A DNA stretch of 64,000 nt. It comes from Eledone cirrhosa. Lineage: Eukaryota. A program made the position numbers and the translations under genes. The DNA is taken from positions 99,572,001 through 99,636,000 of the forward strand of contig OZ024742.1 in the NCBI GenBank assembly GCA_964016885.1, in the 5' to 3' direction. The notes under the pieces were generated by a model. That model was not told the origin of the DNA. It searched no databases and worked only from the letters and a program-made list of their open reading frames with translations. How positions within the stretch are numbered: the stretch's first letter is position 1; each line of letters starts with the position of its first letter. Positions 43,323-58,470 of this stretch are shown here, one piece after another.

Positions 43323-43858
43323 TAGGGGCTCTAGCCTTAGTGCGGTTAGATCGACTCTCCATATTTCTTTTCAATGGCTGACAATACCTTACCGGCACCA
43401 CTCGAATAAGGTAATTATTTAACCCATAAATGGAGCCCTAACAGGTACTATCACCCCGGGCCAGGGCAGACCTGGGAGTCATGACAACTAAGGGGTAACT
43501 CCACATTCCCCCACATCTCCTGAACTCCCGAACTGGAGCCTTGCCACTGGATGTAGTCTAATATCATACCCAGAGCTGTATGGGAGCATCCCAAAAGTCA
43601 GCTCAAAAAGTGACACAGAGGAGACTGAGGTTAGCTGGACATGCTCACCGACATCCAGAGTTGACATTGCACTCAGTACTCCTTTGGGAGCCCCTACATG
43701 GACACACTAGACGAGGAAGACCAAGGTTAACGTATGTTGATGCCCTAAGGACAGATACTGGTTTGTTGGAGACGCAGGACATGGCAGCGATGATGAGGGA
43801 CAGGGACCGCTGGAGAGAACTCGTCCATGGATCTCGGGAATTTTACCCGCCTTAGATT

Positions 43859-43860
<2 letters not shown>
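43323..43860 (+). mobile_element. RTE-clade LINE 3' end (43575-43860) joined to a probably inverted RTE 5' segment (43323-43574)
   Basis: QRRLRLAGHAHRHPE..VLLWEPLHGHTRRGRPRLTYVDAL..WRELV (RTE C-terminus). The upstream part resembles, from memory, octopus RTE 5' sequence in antisense. Confidence 0.82.
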
Positions 43861-43903
<43 letters not shown>

Positions 43904-43924
43904 CATATATATATAAAGATATGG

Positions 43925-43956
<32 letters not shown>

Positions 43957-43966
43957 ATAAATATAT

Positions 43967-44051
<85 letters not shown>

Positions 44052-44104
44052 AATATATATATATATACATATACATATATATATATAAATATATATACAC
44101 ATAT

Positions 44105-44323
<219 letters not shown>

Positions 44324-44330
44324 CATATAT

Positions 44331-45975
44331 GTTTGTACCAGCAAGAGGCACAACTGGTGCCCTCTTCCTTGTGAGGCAGTTACAGGAAAAGTACCTAGCT
44401 AAATGTAAGCCACTCTACCTGGCATTCGTCGATCTCGAGAAAGCCTTTGACAGAGTTCCACGTGCTATAATCTGGTAGGCTCTTAGAAACTAGGAGTAGA
44501 TGAATGGCTTGTCAAAGCTGTACAAGCCATGTATAGGAGAGCAGTCAGCAAAGTTAGGATTAGCAATGAGTATAGCGAGGAATTTAGCGTACAGGTTGGT
44601 GTCCACCAGGGCTCTGTTATTAGCTCTCTCCTGTTCACATAGTCCTGCAGGCAATAACTGAGGAGTTTAAGACCGGATGCCCATGGGGGCTCCTGTATGC
44701 AGATGACCTCGCACTTATAGCTGAATCTATGGTAGAATTAGAGAAGAAATTCCAAACTTGGAAGCAGGGACTAGAAAGAAAGGGTCTCAAAGTCAACATG
44801 ACAAAGAAAAGGTCCTTGTAAGTAGACGAGAAAACAGAACCCAGATCCCCTCAGGGAAATGGCCTTGCTCAGTATGTAGGAAAGGTGTAGGTAGGAACTC
44901 CATTCTCTGCCCCAAATGCAAACACTGGGTACACAAGAGATGTAGCGGGATCTCAGGAAGCTTAATTAAGAATGTAGGCTTCACATGTAGCAGCTGTGCT
45001 GGGACAGCAAGCAGCAAACAGCCACAGGAAACAAGTACCACCAATCTTTGGGAGGGCTCTGTAGAAACAGTAGACAGCTTCTGCTACCTAGGTGACCGAG
45101 TTATCAGCAGAGGTGGGTGTTCAGAAAGTACAATATCTAGGGTAAGAACGGGATGGAAGAAGTTCAGGGAACTACTGCCACTGCTAGCTGCAAAAGGCTT
45201 CTCCCTCAAAATGAAAGGCAGACTGTATGATGCGTGTATCCGAACAGTAATGTTACATGGTAGTGAGACCTGGGCGCTGAAGGTGGAAGACTTACGTAGA
45301 TTAGAAAGAAACGAAGCCGGCATGCTCCGATGGGTGTGTAATAGTAATATACGCGAACGGCAAAGCATAAATGAATTGAGAGAGAGACTGAGCATAAGAG
45401 GAATCAAATGCTGTGTGCAGGAGAGGCGGTTGCGTTGGTATGGACATGTGATGCGTATGAAGGATGACAGCTGCATAAAAAGGTGCAAAGCCCTAGAAGT
45501 CAATGGAAACAGCGGAGTGGGGAGACCCAAGAAGACCTGGGATGAGGTGATAAAAGCCGACCTTACCCAATTACACCTCTCAAAGGCGATGACACATGAC
45601 CATCACCTCTGGCGTCACGCAGTAATACAGAGTACCCGACCTCCCATGGGTACAAGCTGAAGCATATAAACAATATGCGCCCACACCCTCCCACTGCAAA
45701 GTGGTCGTGGGGGTGCCACGGCAAAAAAGCACCCAGCCCACACTGTAAAGTGGACGTGTAGGCGCCACAGAATTAAGCACCCAGCACTCACTGTAAATGA
45801 GGTTGGTGTTAGGAAGGGCATCCAGCTGTAGAAATCAAGCCAAAATCAGTTCCTGTATGAGCAAGGCATGGTCAGCTGACCAGACACTGCCCACAACAGG
45901 ACAGCCCGTCTAACCCATGCTAGCATGGAAGAACGGACGTAAACGGTGATGATGATGATGATGATGATGATGATG

Positions 45976-45980
<5 letters not shown>
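44331..45980 (+). mobile_element. 5'-truncated RTE-clade LINE; RT with an inserted PHD-like finger; (GAT)n tail
   Basis: FVDLEKAFDRVP, GVHQGS, LYADDL, FCYLGD, MLHGSETW and RRLRWYGHV..GRPKKTW motifs, with a few stops and frameshifts; 3' UTR ends in (GAT)n at 45948-45980. Confidence 0.95.
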
Positions 45981-46045
<65 letters not shown>

Positions 46046-47456
46046 CATACATATATATGCAAGAGAATGCACACGTGCACATCCACAAGCCTTGATAAGA
46101 ATGCCTTTCAAAGCCAGAAGAAAACGTTATATTATCTATGCCTCATTTGTACTTAATGTACAAATCTAGTTGTACCATCTCATATCAGTGTATGACTCTG
46201 GAACGAAATTCCATAGGAATATTGAGGATGTTGTTTCCGTGTTTTAGTATATAGCAGTATTCAAGTAATAGTATGTAGCATCTGGGGTTTCGTCAGGGTT
46301 TACACTATTTTTGATGTGAATATAATTACCCTTATATTTTTATTACCATTATATTTATGAACTGATAATTGTTATGAGATATAATTAATGAGGTTTGATT
46401 GGCCGACGCCCAGCTTTACGCCAACGTAGTATGTATTGTAAAAGCTTTTCCTATTTTATATGCTTGACTTGTGATAGTTTGCATACAATGCGAAACCGTA
46501 CTAAATATTTAACTGTCGAACAGTTGGAATTGGCCGACGCTCAAATTTACGTCTTCCTAATGCACACACATTGTGGAGGCTATTTCTGTTGTTTTTACCT
46601 AAGGTATACATGGTAGGGGAAGGAAGTGTGTTTACTATCTAATAAAAGAATCAAGAAAATAAATAATTTGCGCAAGAAAACCAAGCGCCACCCTGTCCCG
46701 GAAGAAAACCTACGAACTTATGATTATCAGACCGAAACACTAATCGATAATCTACGAGCTAAAAACTTAAAGTCGTATAAAGAAATTTGTTTGTCCGTGT
46801 TCATGACACGGCTATGTGGTTATCATTTGGATTTGATCCGTATAGACAATAAATGGTTAAAACATATCGCTAGAAGTCTGACACTTCTTTATTTATTTTA
46901 ATCAAAAATGATTGCCATATTTCAATTTTTCATCATGTTTATTGTTTTTGAATGTATGAGTATGATATTACGTGCAAAATTGGCAGTTGGTTTAGAATAT
47001 TCAACACAGCGGTATGGGGAAATTGAAGTATGCGATAATTGTGTTACTAGAAAGTCCCATATTGGCTAGTTTGATTAACATTACCGTAGTTAAATGAGTG
47101 AAGCCAGTATAAGTGTAATATAATCTGAGCGCGCACACGAGCGTGTGTTTATATATGTGTGAGGGGGTTACTGAGTGTATTGAACTCTCTTAAGTGTACT
47201 TCTTGACAAACATTACAGCACGTATATTTACGGGGGCGCTGGATTGGTAGATTCATTAGAGAATCATACAAAATGCTTTGTCCTATATAATTACCGACCT
47301 TTAGGCTTTCAATTCAAATCCCATCAAAATGAAGATTTCAAACTTTGAAGTCAATAAAATTGACGTATTAAGATTAATATAATTGACTTTTATACCTGTC
47401 ACAAATTGTTGTAATTTTGCCTAAATGGTTACACAAATTTCTGTAAGTTAATTTAA

Positions 47457-47646
47457 TAATTGTTTCTACTTTAGGCACAAGGCCAGCAATTACCCAGTGC
47501 ATTACTGGTACTTTATTTTATCGACCCCGTAAGGATGAAAGGCAAAGTCAACCTCGGCGGGATTTGAACTCAGATCGTAAAGGGACGTAACTATGCTGGA
47601 AAGCATGGCGTCCGACCCTCTACCGATACTGCCAATCCACCGCCCT
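47457..47646 (-). mobile_element. SINE family 1, full length
   Basis: 17-bp TSD taagttaatttaataat at 47444-47460 and 47647-47663. Confidence 0.94.
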
Positions 47647-47997
47647 TAAGTTAATTTAATAATATTTCTTAATCTTAATTTTAGTTATTAGAGCATCCAT
47701 TTTTTTTTTCTTGAATAAAAAGGCATAATATTCTCTTCGAAGTTTCAACTTTTCAAACACATATCCGTTTTCCTTCATCCATTTGTTTAATAGTCGCATA
47801 TTCTATTATGTCCGTGTACTTTTGTTTTCGTAGGTGGCGGGAAAATACCAGTTAATTAACTACTGGGCTGTGCCAGAAATAAGGAGCTAACTCCGATGAA
47901 TATCTTTCAATATATGTGAATATATATTTTAATATATATAATAATTTTCACGTAATTTACTGATTGATTGATTATGTGACTGATATCAAGGACGATG

Positions 47998-48082
<85 letters not shown>

Positions 48083-48176
48083 GAGGATTGCATACTTTTA
48101 TACGTGTGTATTTTCATTCATACATCCAAACACACATATAGATAGAAAGATCGATCGATCAATAAATAGAACGGTG

Positions 48177-48215
48177 GATAGATAGATAAATAGACAGACA
48201 GATAGATAGACAGAC

Positions 48216-48289
<74 letters not shown>

Positions 48290-48303
48290 GTAGATAGATA
48301 GAT
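48177..48303. repeat. (GATA)n microsatellite
   Basis: Direct inspection. Confidence 0.97.
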
Positions 48304-48653
48304 GACTAGTTACATTTCATGTTACTCTTCTGACCTCCTGCAGCTATAACTTACGCTATTGTAACATTCACTAATTAGGTTTCACCAAAACTTAATTGAT
48401 AGCTTCTTTATAATTAGTAGCTTTTTACATGCTTGACTACACCCACCAATAATTAAACACGTATCAGTTGTCTGTCTCTGTTGCTTACTTTCTTTGTCCC
48501 ACATTCTCCCTATCTATCAATATATTTATCGCTCATTCTGTCTACATTCACTTCCACCTGTCAGTCTATCCCTTAATCTGCATGTTTTCTTCCTGAATCT
48601 CACTACCATCTCTCCATACCCCTATTTACTCCCCCCTCTCTCTCTTACACACA

Positions 48654-48728
<75 letters not shown>

Positions 48729-50950
48729 TCTATTTCAATGTCATCTCTTTGTTCATATCTTCCTCTCTTCTATGTTCTTAAGTTCTTCCCATTGCATTGT
48801 AAGAAACCACGTCTTTCCTTTTTTCGTTTAATTTACCCTACCTGTAAATCATTCACTTTATTCTCTCTTTCTCTTGATCCTGTCTTCCGTGTTTCTCTTT
48901 ATCTCCCTTTCATTCAATTCCGTTCCCCCACACTCACCCTTTGCTCTATTCCTCTCACTCCTCTCTTCTATAAATCCCCTTTCCTTATCCATCTCTATAT
49001 CAGTATTATAGATTTTGTAAATGTCTTGTATAACACATATTTCATTAAACAGCTACACTAACTATTGTTATTCCTATCGAGCTACCAAAGACTGGGCCTT
49101 TGAATTCTCTTGATACACATTCATGGCGAATCGAAAACGGAACTGTTAATTATTTCAATGCCTTTCAAAAATGTTTAAATGTCATGGAGCACAAATTGTT
49201 TTATCTTTCCTCCAGAATATGCACATTGCTGGTCAGATATGTCACATGTCTTTAAACATAGCAATTGGATACGGATTTCTTTTTAACTCTGAATTAGTCT
49301 ACAAAGAAACGATCAAGCAATATCAATCAAGTTACCGCATCTGGTGCCGCCAGCCGTTGCTGTCTCACTGTCGATGTTTGACTGTTTGTCCCTCACCTTG
49401 TTTCAGTGGACTTGAGTGTTTTACACTAGTAATAATAACTACGATTTGGCTGAAAAATGTTCCAATATGTAGTGATAAACACGCTTACATAAATCGTACA
49501 ATGAGATATTTTGTATTCTCAGTCTACTTAGACGGGTACAATCCTCCTAGGTCTCTTAATCCCACCTATATTAAAGGGAAAGGATAACTACATAACATAT
49601 TAGGTGAAGAGCCGTAACTCCTGATGGAGTCGTAGTGGTGCCGTCAAGTCATACATGAGGTGGGCATTTAAACCGGGTGGAGCCCATCTCTTCTCCGGGT
49701 CTGGATGCAGCTGATTTCGTTGAGAGAAGAGGAGAGAGAGTAAGTTAAAAATGAAATGAGAAAATGATATGGAGAAAGAATCGACCGCAGTACTGGCCTG
49801 GTTCATGTTATCGATATCGAGGACATGGAAAACAAAGAAAATCATCAGTGGAATTTGAAATCAAAATACAGGGAGTCGGAATTATTGCAGTAAACTTTCG
49901 TATGGCAATGTTTCTGCCAATTCGACGCCTAGGTAAATTGCTTCAGTTTATATTTACAATGTATTTTTGCAGACTGGTGAATTGTATTTTTATTGTTTTT
50001 TTAGTCTTGTATAGAAGGATGTCCCCATGACACATTTCATGTGGGAGGAAGGGAGAGGTTTTTCCTGAAATCAGAGACGGTGCTTCAATACTTGCAACAG
50101 GGTGTATTGCACTAAAATCAATTAAGTGTTAGCTGGTAGTGGTAAACAAGGTGAAGAACTACTTCTACCGCTGGAGTAGGCTACAGCGGGACTTGAACTA
50201 AAAATACAAGTGTGCTGGCCCGCAGAAATGATAGGAAGAAAGGACAAATGGAAATATACGTATATGTATATAACATTATGTACGACATATATCTCACAAA
50301 ACAAGATATTTTTGTGTGCTCCTGTGCATGTGCATGTATGCTGATGTGAGTGCATATGTGTACATGTTTGTGCTTGTAATTCAATGTATAGAGTGGAATT
50401 AACTCCTAATTTATTCAGTTAATTGTGCAAATCTGTATAATGCGATTTAAGTAGTACATAATCAATTTTGTTTTCATGTTTATTTGAAAATTCTGGATTA
50501 CATCGTTATTTCTATTACATTATTTAACTTGTTTAAATATGATTCAGTAGTTTACACGATATGTTATAGTGTTTTGTATATTCTTTAAACAAAGGTATAA
50601 TTATAATTCTATTACATTCTGACAGGCTTTCAAGCATCGTGCTTTGTATAAAGGAAATAACCGTTAGTCATACAGTTTTTCACTGGTTTCAGTTATACGA
50701 CTGCCACCATGCATAGGCACCGTCTTGATATAAGCAATCACTTTGACCCCTGTACATATCAAACTCCTCTTTCTTGAATAGCTAAGTTACGCAGCATAAA
50801 TACAGAGACATGCAGAAACACACATATACAGTAATATACACACAGTTACACTTACAGAGATACACATACTCACACATACATAGCCACACACACACACACA
50901 CATATTTATTTATATATATATCTGTGTGTGTGTGTGCGTGCGTGTGTGTG

Positions 50951-51000
<50 letters not shown>

Positions 51001-51532
51001 GTATATCTATATATATTTATATGTATAATGTGTATATATATATTCTCTCTTACTGCTTCCCCGCTCTCTCTGTTTCTCTCACCTTCTTTCGCCCCCTCTG
51101 TCAGTTACACTTTCTCTCGACTGACCTCTTCCTCACACTTCCACTCACTCACTCTCTGTTTCTCCCCTTCTCACTTCCTCCCGTTTGGCTTGTAGTGGGT
51201 CTCTTCTTGCTCACATCTCACACACATCAACATGGTCTGTCCCTCTCTCGCTCATGAAATCCACCCAGTTTATGCTGACCGGACAACCATGCTGCTTGTT
51301 TATTTTCCTATCTTCGGTTTGCTTTTATCCTTCTATGTTGTTTAATTGTCTTCCTCGCCTTACACGAATACTGGTCCCAATAACTTTTTTTAGTTATTGC
51401 TCGCACCAACCTGAGGTATCGGATTTTTAATGCGATGAATTACCAATGATGGTTGGAAAATCACTGACGAAGGACTATTTTTATCATATGTAACCCATGT
51501 GCAAACCACGCAGTTATCTTCTTTCTTCTCAT

Positions 51533-51630
<98 letters not shown>

Positions 51631-51653
51631 GTATATATATATATATATATATA

Positions 51654-51706
<53 letters not shown>

Positions 51707-51819
51707 GTATATATATATATAAGGTATATATATATATATATAATGTATATATATATATATATATAAGGTATATATATATATATATATAAATGTATATATA
51801 TTTTATTTATGCATTTATT

Positions 51820-53180
51820 TACTCCCTTTACTCTCACTATATCCGTCTCCTTGTACTCATTAGCACACGACCCTAGAATATTACTCTCTGTACCCTTATA
51901 TCATTTTATCTTTATTCACTCCCCCCTACTCACCCAGGAATCACACTACATATAACCCGGACTAACTGGGGCTATCTATAGTCTATTTGCACATTTCATC
52001 AGATTTTACCACTTTCAACTTCACATCACGGGTGTGAATAACTAATAATCGTTTGGTACACGCGATGATCCGACTGATGTGCGGCTTTCCCGACTACACG
52101 CCAGGCGATCAGGTCGATCAGCCTTCCTTGAGTGCTTGGAAATATAAATTTCCCCTTCTTTCGGTAAACGAAAATAGTCGGAACGGCTGCTTCGCCCTGG
52201 GGCCCTGTCGGACTTGGAACCCGCCGCGACCCGGTTATTGACCGCCAAACAGTACCATTAAATTCTAGGCTTAATCATAACTTTTAACTTTATCTTGCCT
52301 CCTTCTACTAGCACTTAACTAAATCCCCCAACAGTGTGAATAACTAGTAATCGTTAGGTATATACGATGGCCGGCGGACGGTGGCGGACTCCCCACTAAC
52401 ACACCCGACGCTTAAGACAGTTAACATTCCTGGAGTGCTCGGAAAAATAAATTTCCATTTCTTTCGCTAGACGATAATAATCGGAACCGCTGACACGCCG
52501 GGTGTCCGCAACGTCGCTGGTAATTGATCGTTAAGCATGGGCTTAATATTTGCCCTATATTCTACCCTGAAACGTTATCGTGACTATCTATAATATACTT
52601 AAACTTTTTCATAACAGCCTCCCTCTGTAAATTCTTTAACTAAATCTCACAACTTCAAACCTAAACCTTATTTTTCTAATTTCATCTTAAATGGCATCTT
52701 CTAAAGTTTCTAATTGATAATCGTAATTTCTGTCCATACATTATACCATGCAGACGCCCACTATATATTACTATATATAGATTTGTTAAAATATATGTTC
52801 TTTAATAAACAGATTTTCGCGGCACTTTCTAGCACGCATGACCAGCTTGATTGTGACCTGACCTCACCGCTGGCCTCTGTCTTTGACGGAGTGTTAGTAG
52901 TACACTATAAGCCTACGCCCCTTCACCATATGGACATAAGTAGGGTTAATAATCACCAATTGAGGGCGACCGACTAGGGTAAAAGCTGCTAAATGTTCGG
53001 TCGCCCTCATGTCTCTGATTTTCAGCCCCATGGATTTTGTCTATCATATTCCTTTGTTATATTTCGAATAGCTGATGATGTCACCGGATTCCTACTGAAC
53101 CCGGTCATTGAAATGATCATAGCATAATAAACCTTTTAAGGAATTACACCAGTCCAGCCTCCTGTTTTTTTATAATAATG
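51820..53180 (+). mobile_element. Probable PLE 3' region/pLTR with a hammerhead motif at 53072-53121
   Basis: Bounded by (TA)n; CTGATGA..ACCGG..CCGGT..GAA A TGATCA T A (palindromic stem III, poor stem I); no ORF remains. Confidence 0.55.
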
Positions 53181-53250
53181 TATATATATATATAATGTGT
53201 ACATATATATATATATATATATACATATAATGTATATATATATATATATA

Positions 53251-53309
<59 letters not shown>

Positions 53310-53313
<4 letters not shown>

Positions 53314-53442
53314 TACTTTGGGAGGGTCATGTTGCCAATAAGAAACACACGCACCAGTTGCTTTCACTTCAATTTATTATAATAAATTTATAATAAATTT
53401 ATAAATTTATAAATTTCTGGTTGGTTCCACAACCAGATAGTT

Positions 53443-53493
<51 letters not shown>

Positions 53494-53678
53494 CTGGTTG
53501 TGAAACCAACCAACCAACCAGAAATTTATAAATTTATTATAAATTTATTATAATAAATTGAAGTGAACAACTGGTGCGTGTGTTTCTTATTGGCAACATG
53601 ACCCTCCCAAAGTATAACAATATCGGTTTCAACACACGATTTCAGATAAAGAATCTTGCTAAACAAATTCAGAAACGA
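53310..53678 (+). mobile_element. PLE family B terminal fragments in fold-back arrangement around a (TA)n tract
   Basis: 53310-53447 is the inverse of 53491-53622; near-identical to 21300-21518. Confidence 0.9.
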
Positions 53679-53785
53679 AATATATATATATTTATATATA
53701 GTAATAATAATAAAATTGAAGACTAAAATCCAAAGGGGGCTCGATAAGGAAAATATATATCAAATATATAAGAACCGTAGTGCAA

Positions 53786-54372
<587 letters not shown>

Positions 54373-55338
54373 TAATGTGTGTGTATATAAATATATTGAG
54401 TATATATCTTATCAAATGATTCTAAGGACATCATTTATAGTATATTGCTCTGATCATTTAATTTATTAATTCATCATTAAGCCACATCGTGAATGGTTGC
54501 CAAAAACATATCTATAACTTTATCTAGTTTGTGTATATGTAAATCTTTATATTTGATAATCTCCCATAAGGTTGAGATGCAATTTGGGCAATATTAGGCT
54601 GCGCTTTCTAGCAACCAGCCTACTAGCTGTAAGGCACCAATCACATTCTTTCTGACTTAACCACTGCCACGTCACAGTTCTTAGCCATTTTGAATTCGTT
54701 TCTGGCGGGGATCATTTAAGAAAAATCTTTGTCCAAGTGAGTTTGTTTCCTGATTAGTTCGATGCTCGAGAATTTATCCTTGATAGGATATTTCCGAAAG
54801 CGAAGGAAACCCTAAGGGGAGAAACGCAATCCTGGTATGTGTATATGTATTTTTTCTTCTAACTTTAATTTTATACCTAATTGTGTATGGTTAACGATAT
54901 ATTTAATCGATTTCCACGTGCTATTGAAATGATGGGTAAATATTCTATGGCTGTTGATCGCGAATAAATGGCTATCGATTATTTATCTATTATTATTTCG
55001 CATGTGCCTTTTAATCTTATAGCCTTGTTTAATTGTTTTGTTTTTTTTTGTGTGGTTGATTATGCTAATTGGGAGAGGAAATTGAGTATATATCTTATCA
55101 AATGATTCTAAGGACATAATTTATAGTATATATATATACCCAGAAACATGTTGATTGTTCCTCAAAGCCAGTGTTGAACAAGCATGTGACGATCGGTCAC
55201 CGTCACCGCACAGCTTTAAATCGGGCCGTTTATTTACAAACGTATCGAAGATTATTATTAATATTCGATATAACCCATACGTATATATATATATGCATAT
55301 ATATATGTGTGTGTATGTATATATATATATGTATGTGT

Positions 55339-55417
<79 letters not shown>

Positions 55418-55507
55418 TGTGCATACTTACATCTATGTATCAGCTTTGCTAGGGCGAGAAATAAAATTCTAATTGTATTTATATATATATATATATACAT
55501 TCATATG

Positions 55508-55690
55508 ATAATTGTTTCTACTTTAGGCACAAGGCCAGCAATTACCCAGTGCATTACTGGTACTTTATTTTATCGACCCCGTAAGGATGAAAGGCAAAGT
55601 CAACCTCGGCGGGATTTGAACTCAGATCGTAAAGGGACATAACTATGCTGGAAAGTATGGCTTCCGACCCTCTACCGATACTGCCAATCC
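55508..55690 (-). mobile_element. SINE family 1
   Basis: TSD catatgataat at 55502-55512 and 55690-55700. Confidence 0.92.
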
Positions 55691-56216
55691 ATATGATAAT
55701 GCCATATATGTATATACACAGAATGAGGTAAACAAAATGTATATATAAACTCATACATTAAGTGAATAGACATGTAAACATGCAAAATATACATATTTCC
55801 TTACAAACTGAAAAAAAAAATGACAAACCAATTTTCAAGCCTAGTTGGGTTTTTGTGAGAATGTATGTATATCATCTATATAACCACAAAGGAATATGTA
55901 ATCGAGAATTTCATATGTACAATAGCTTATACTGTTATCCTGAAATAGAGCTACTAAATTACTTATAATTAGCTCCCATGCTGGTAGTTAATTAAGATAA
56001 AAATTAATCTGTACGCAAAGCTTAATCATTAACATCTATACATCTTATTTAACCTGGTCATCAGGCGTTGGACAAGTATGAAAATACCGCTAAGAGCATA
56101 GCATGTTTAGAGTTCCTATACAACTTCGTATGCAAATGAGGCTAATCAACCCGTTTATACAGACGAAAATCCACCTATTTTTGCCTGTTTCAAAGTCCAG
56201 CATTAGCGAGAAGCAT

Positions 56217-56255
56217 TGTCCTGATGAGAGCGATTAAGTTAGAAATGAATCGACA
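56217..56255 (+). ncRNA. Minimal hammerhead ribozyme motif (partly decayed)
   Basis: TGTC CTGATGA gagc gattaa gtta GAA A tgaa T C GACA; the downstream flank is homologous to 36550-36640. Confidence 0.65.
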
Positions 56256-57466
56256 GTTATCTCCCTTGCTTCTGCTGGACACCACTCGGCGGCGCTAACC
56301 GCTAGTGTTCTGTTCATAGATGTGACTTTCAAAATGTTTATTTAGAAACATACCGTATATCTTTAGATATACGAAATTCACATACATATTTCTATGCAGC
56401 TATGTCGACGCTAAATTCTAATTCTACTTATTTATTTCTCTACTATTTACATACTATAACAAAGGAAAATGACTCCTGATGTAAAACTGCAATGTATATG
56501 ATTGTGTCTTTGTGTACAGTATTGTAAGGATGTAGTTTAGAAATTTGTATTTAAGTGTCATGACATCTTCAACATAGGAATTGTTTCGTGTTATTTGGTG
56601 GTATATAATTATTTAAGTGGAGAAATTTAGTAATATCGGAAGTATGCGGTGTTACGTGTTGATATGTAACTGTGGAAAATAGAAATAGATATGTAGAAAT
56701 TATAGAAATCAATTTCAAGCTGGTTGTAGATGTGGTGAGTTTATTGAGTTTTTGCAACTTGAAAGCAATAGGCCTTTGAGATGTAGGCCCGCCATACATA
56801 TCTATTTAAATTTGAGTTTAAATACTATTTGAGGGCTTCTCATAAGGAGGCGTGTGAATTACGTCCCTTTCCCCTGCCTCTTTTCAACGACGCTGAATTA
56901 CTACTAACTCCATTGAGGCGATAAACACATGAGAGAGAACATGAGAAAATATCTTATGTTTTCCCTGTGTTGTTTTACTAAACAATACCCACTAAAGATC
57001 CGTGGCCGGTTCTCGGTGTTACAACTGACTCTTGGAATGGACATCTTTTTACGTAATTATTACTAACAGTCCGGCTTCTGGTGAAACTGGCGCTAGCTGG
57101 GGCAATTATTGATATTTTCTTTGGTCTTCTTGCCGACTAATCGGATTAACAATTGCTTAATGTTAGCAGCAATATTTCTTTTTGATTACCATAATTAATG
57201 AGTGGGATATATCAGTAACTTTGATGCCGTTATTAAATGATCTCATAATCATTAAGTTGCTAAACGTATTCAACTTTTCTTGATTGCCCTTATGAATTTG
57301 TTCAATTTTTTACAACTCATTACCGCATCCTGTTGAGATATACTCTGCATTTGTTTAACCCAGGTAGTATTGAGTAGGAAATTGAGCGGCACGAGGTTGC
57401 CGTACCATACCATGCTTGAAGCACACTTTGGTATTGTGATTTCGTCAAACTTATTAATATTATAGA

Positions 57467-57648
57467 TGGCGGTGGATTGGCAGTATCGGTAGAGGGTCGG
57501 GCGCATTGCTTTGACACATAGAGTTGCGGCCCTTGCCATTCTGAGTTCAAATCCCGGCGAGGTTAACTTTGCCTTTCATCCTTATGGGGTCGATAAAATA
57601 AAGTACCGGTTATACACTGGCCTTGTGCCAAAAAGGTAGAAACAATTA
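57467..57648 (+). mobile_element. SINE family 1
   Basis: Matches consensus, with a small 3' deletion. Confidence 0.9.
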
Positions 57649-57872
57649 TATATATATATATACAAATATAAATTAGCGAGAATCGTATTTCGGCTTTGGA
57701 AATAGAGAAAAACAACTTCCTAGATGTGTGGCAAGCGCTCAATAATTCTGACGAACCAGAGCTACAACATACGTTAAAGGCCAAACACACTGAGACGATG
57801 GTTAAACCGTCATCCACACAACCATAGAAACGACCAAGTAATTCGGGTGAAACAAATAAAAAAATACGTGAT

Positions 57873-58004
<132 letters not shown>

Positions 58005-58107
58005 AGTATATCTACCAACATATGTATACAGATGTATACCCATGCTAGCAAATATATATGTTATGTCTTAGTACCTTTGTGGTTCTATGCAGGGGATGCA
58101 GAACAAT

Positions 58108-58468
58108 TATATGAAAGACGTAAAATAAGAAAATATTAAAATTTTCACTCCAACTAATTAGTTTCTGTAAGGGAATAAATATAGTTACGCAACGCAACTA
58201 TAGAGAAGTCCTTACGTCATCAGGGAGTCTATTCTCAGCTAAGTTCCCAGGCAATGCGCGGACACTAGGAACCCATATAAAAATAATAATTCAGTGTCCG
58301 CGCATTGCCTGGGAATTTAGCTGAGAATAGACTCCCTGATGACGTAAGGACTTCTCTATAGTTGCGTTGCGTAACTATATTTATTCCCTTACAGAAACTA
58401 ATTAGTTGGAGTAAAAATTTTAGTAAGTAAGTTAATTTTAATATTTTCTTATTTTACGTCTTTCATAT
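58108..58468. mobile_element. 360-bp fold-back element with two divergent hammerheads (58147-58228 minus; 58331-58412 plus)
   Basis: Arms 58108-58266 and 58293-58468; ACTCC CTGATGA cGTAAGG..CCTTACa GAA A CTAATTAG T T GGAGT. Confidence 0.92.
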
Positions 58469-58470
58469 AT

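Noticed and set aside
46687-46760. tRNA gene on the minus strand
   Set aside because: Only a vague tRNA-like outline with no intact T-loop or cloverleaf; at most a decayed tRNA-derived repeat.
49600-49745. Possible host exon (GC-richer, next to a pyrimidine tract and GTAAG)
   Set aside because: No convincing reading frame or homology; would need RNA-seq.
51462-51520. CTGACGAAGGAC as a hammerhead
   Set aside because: No complementary GTCC-GAAA half.
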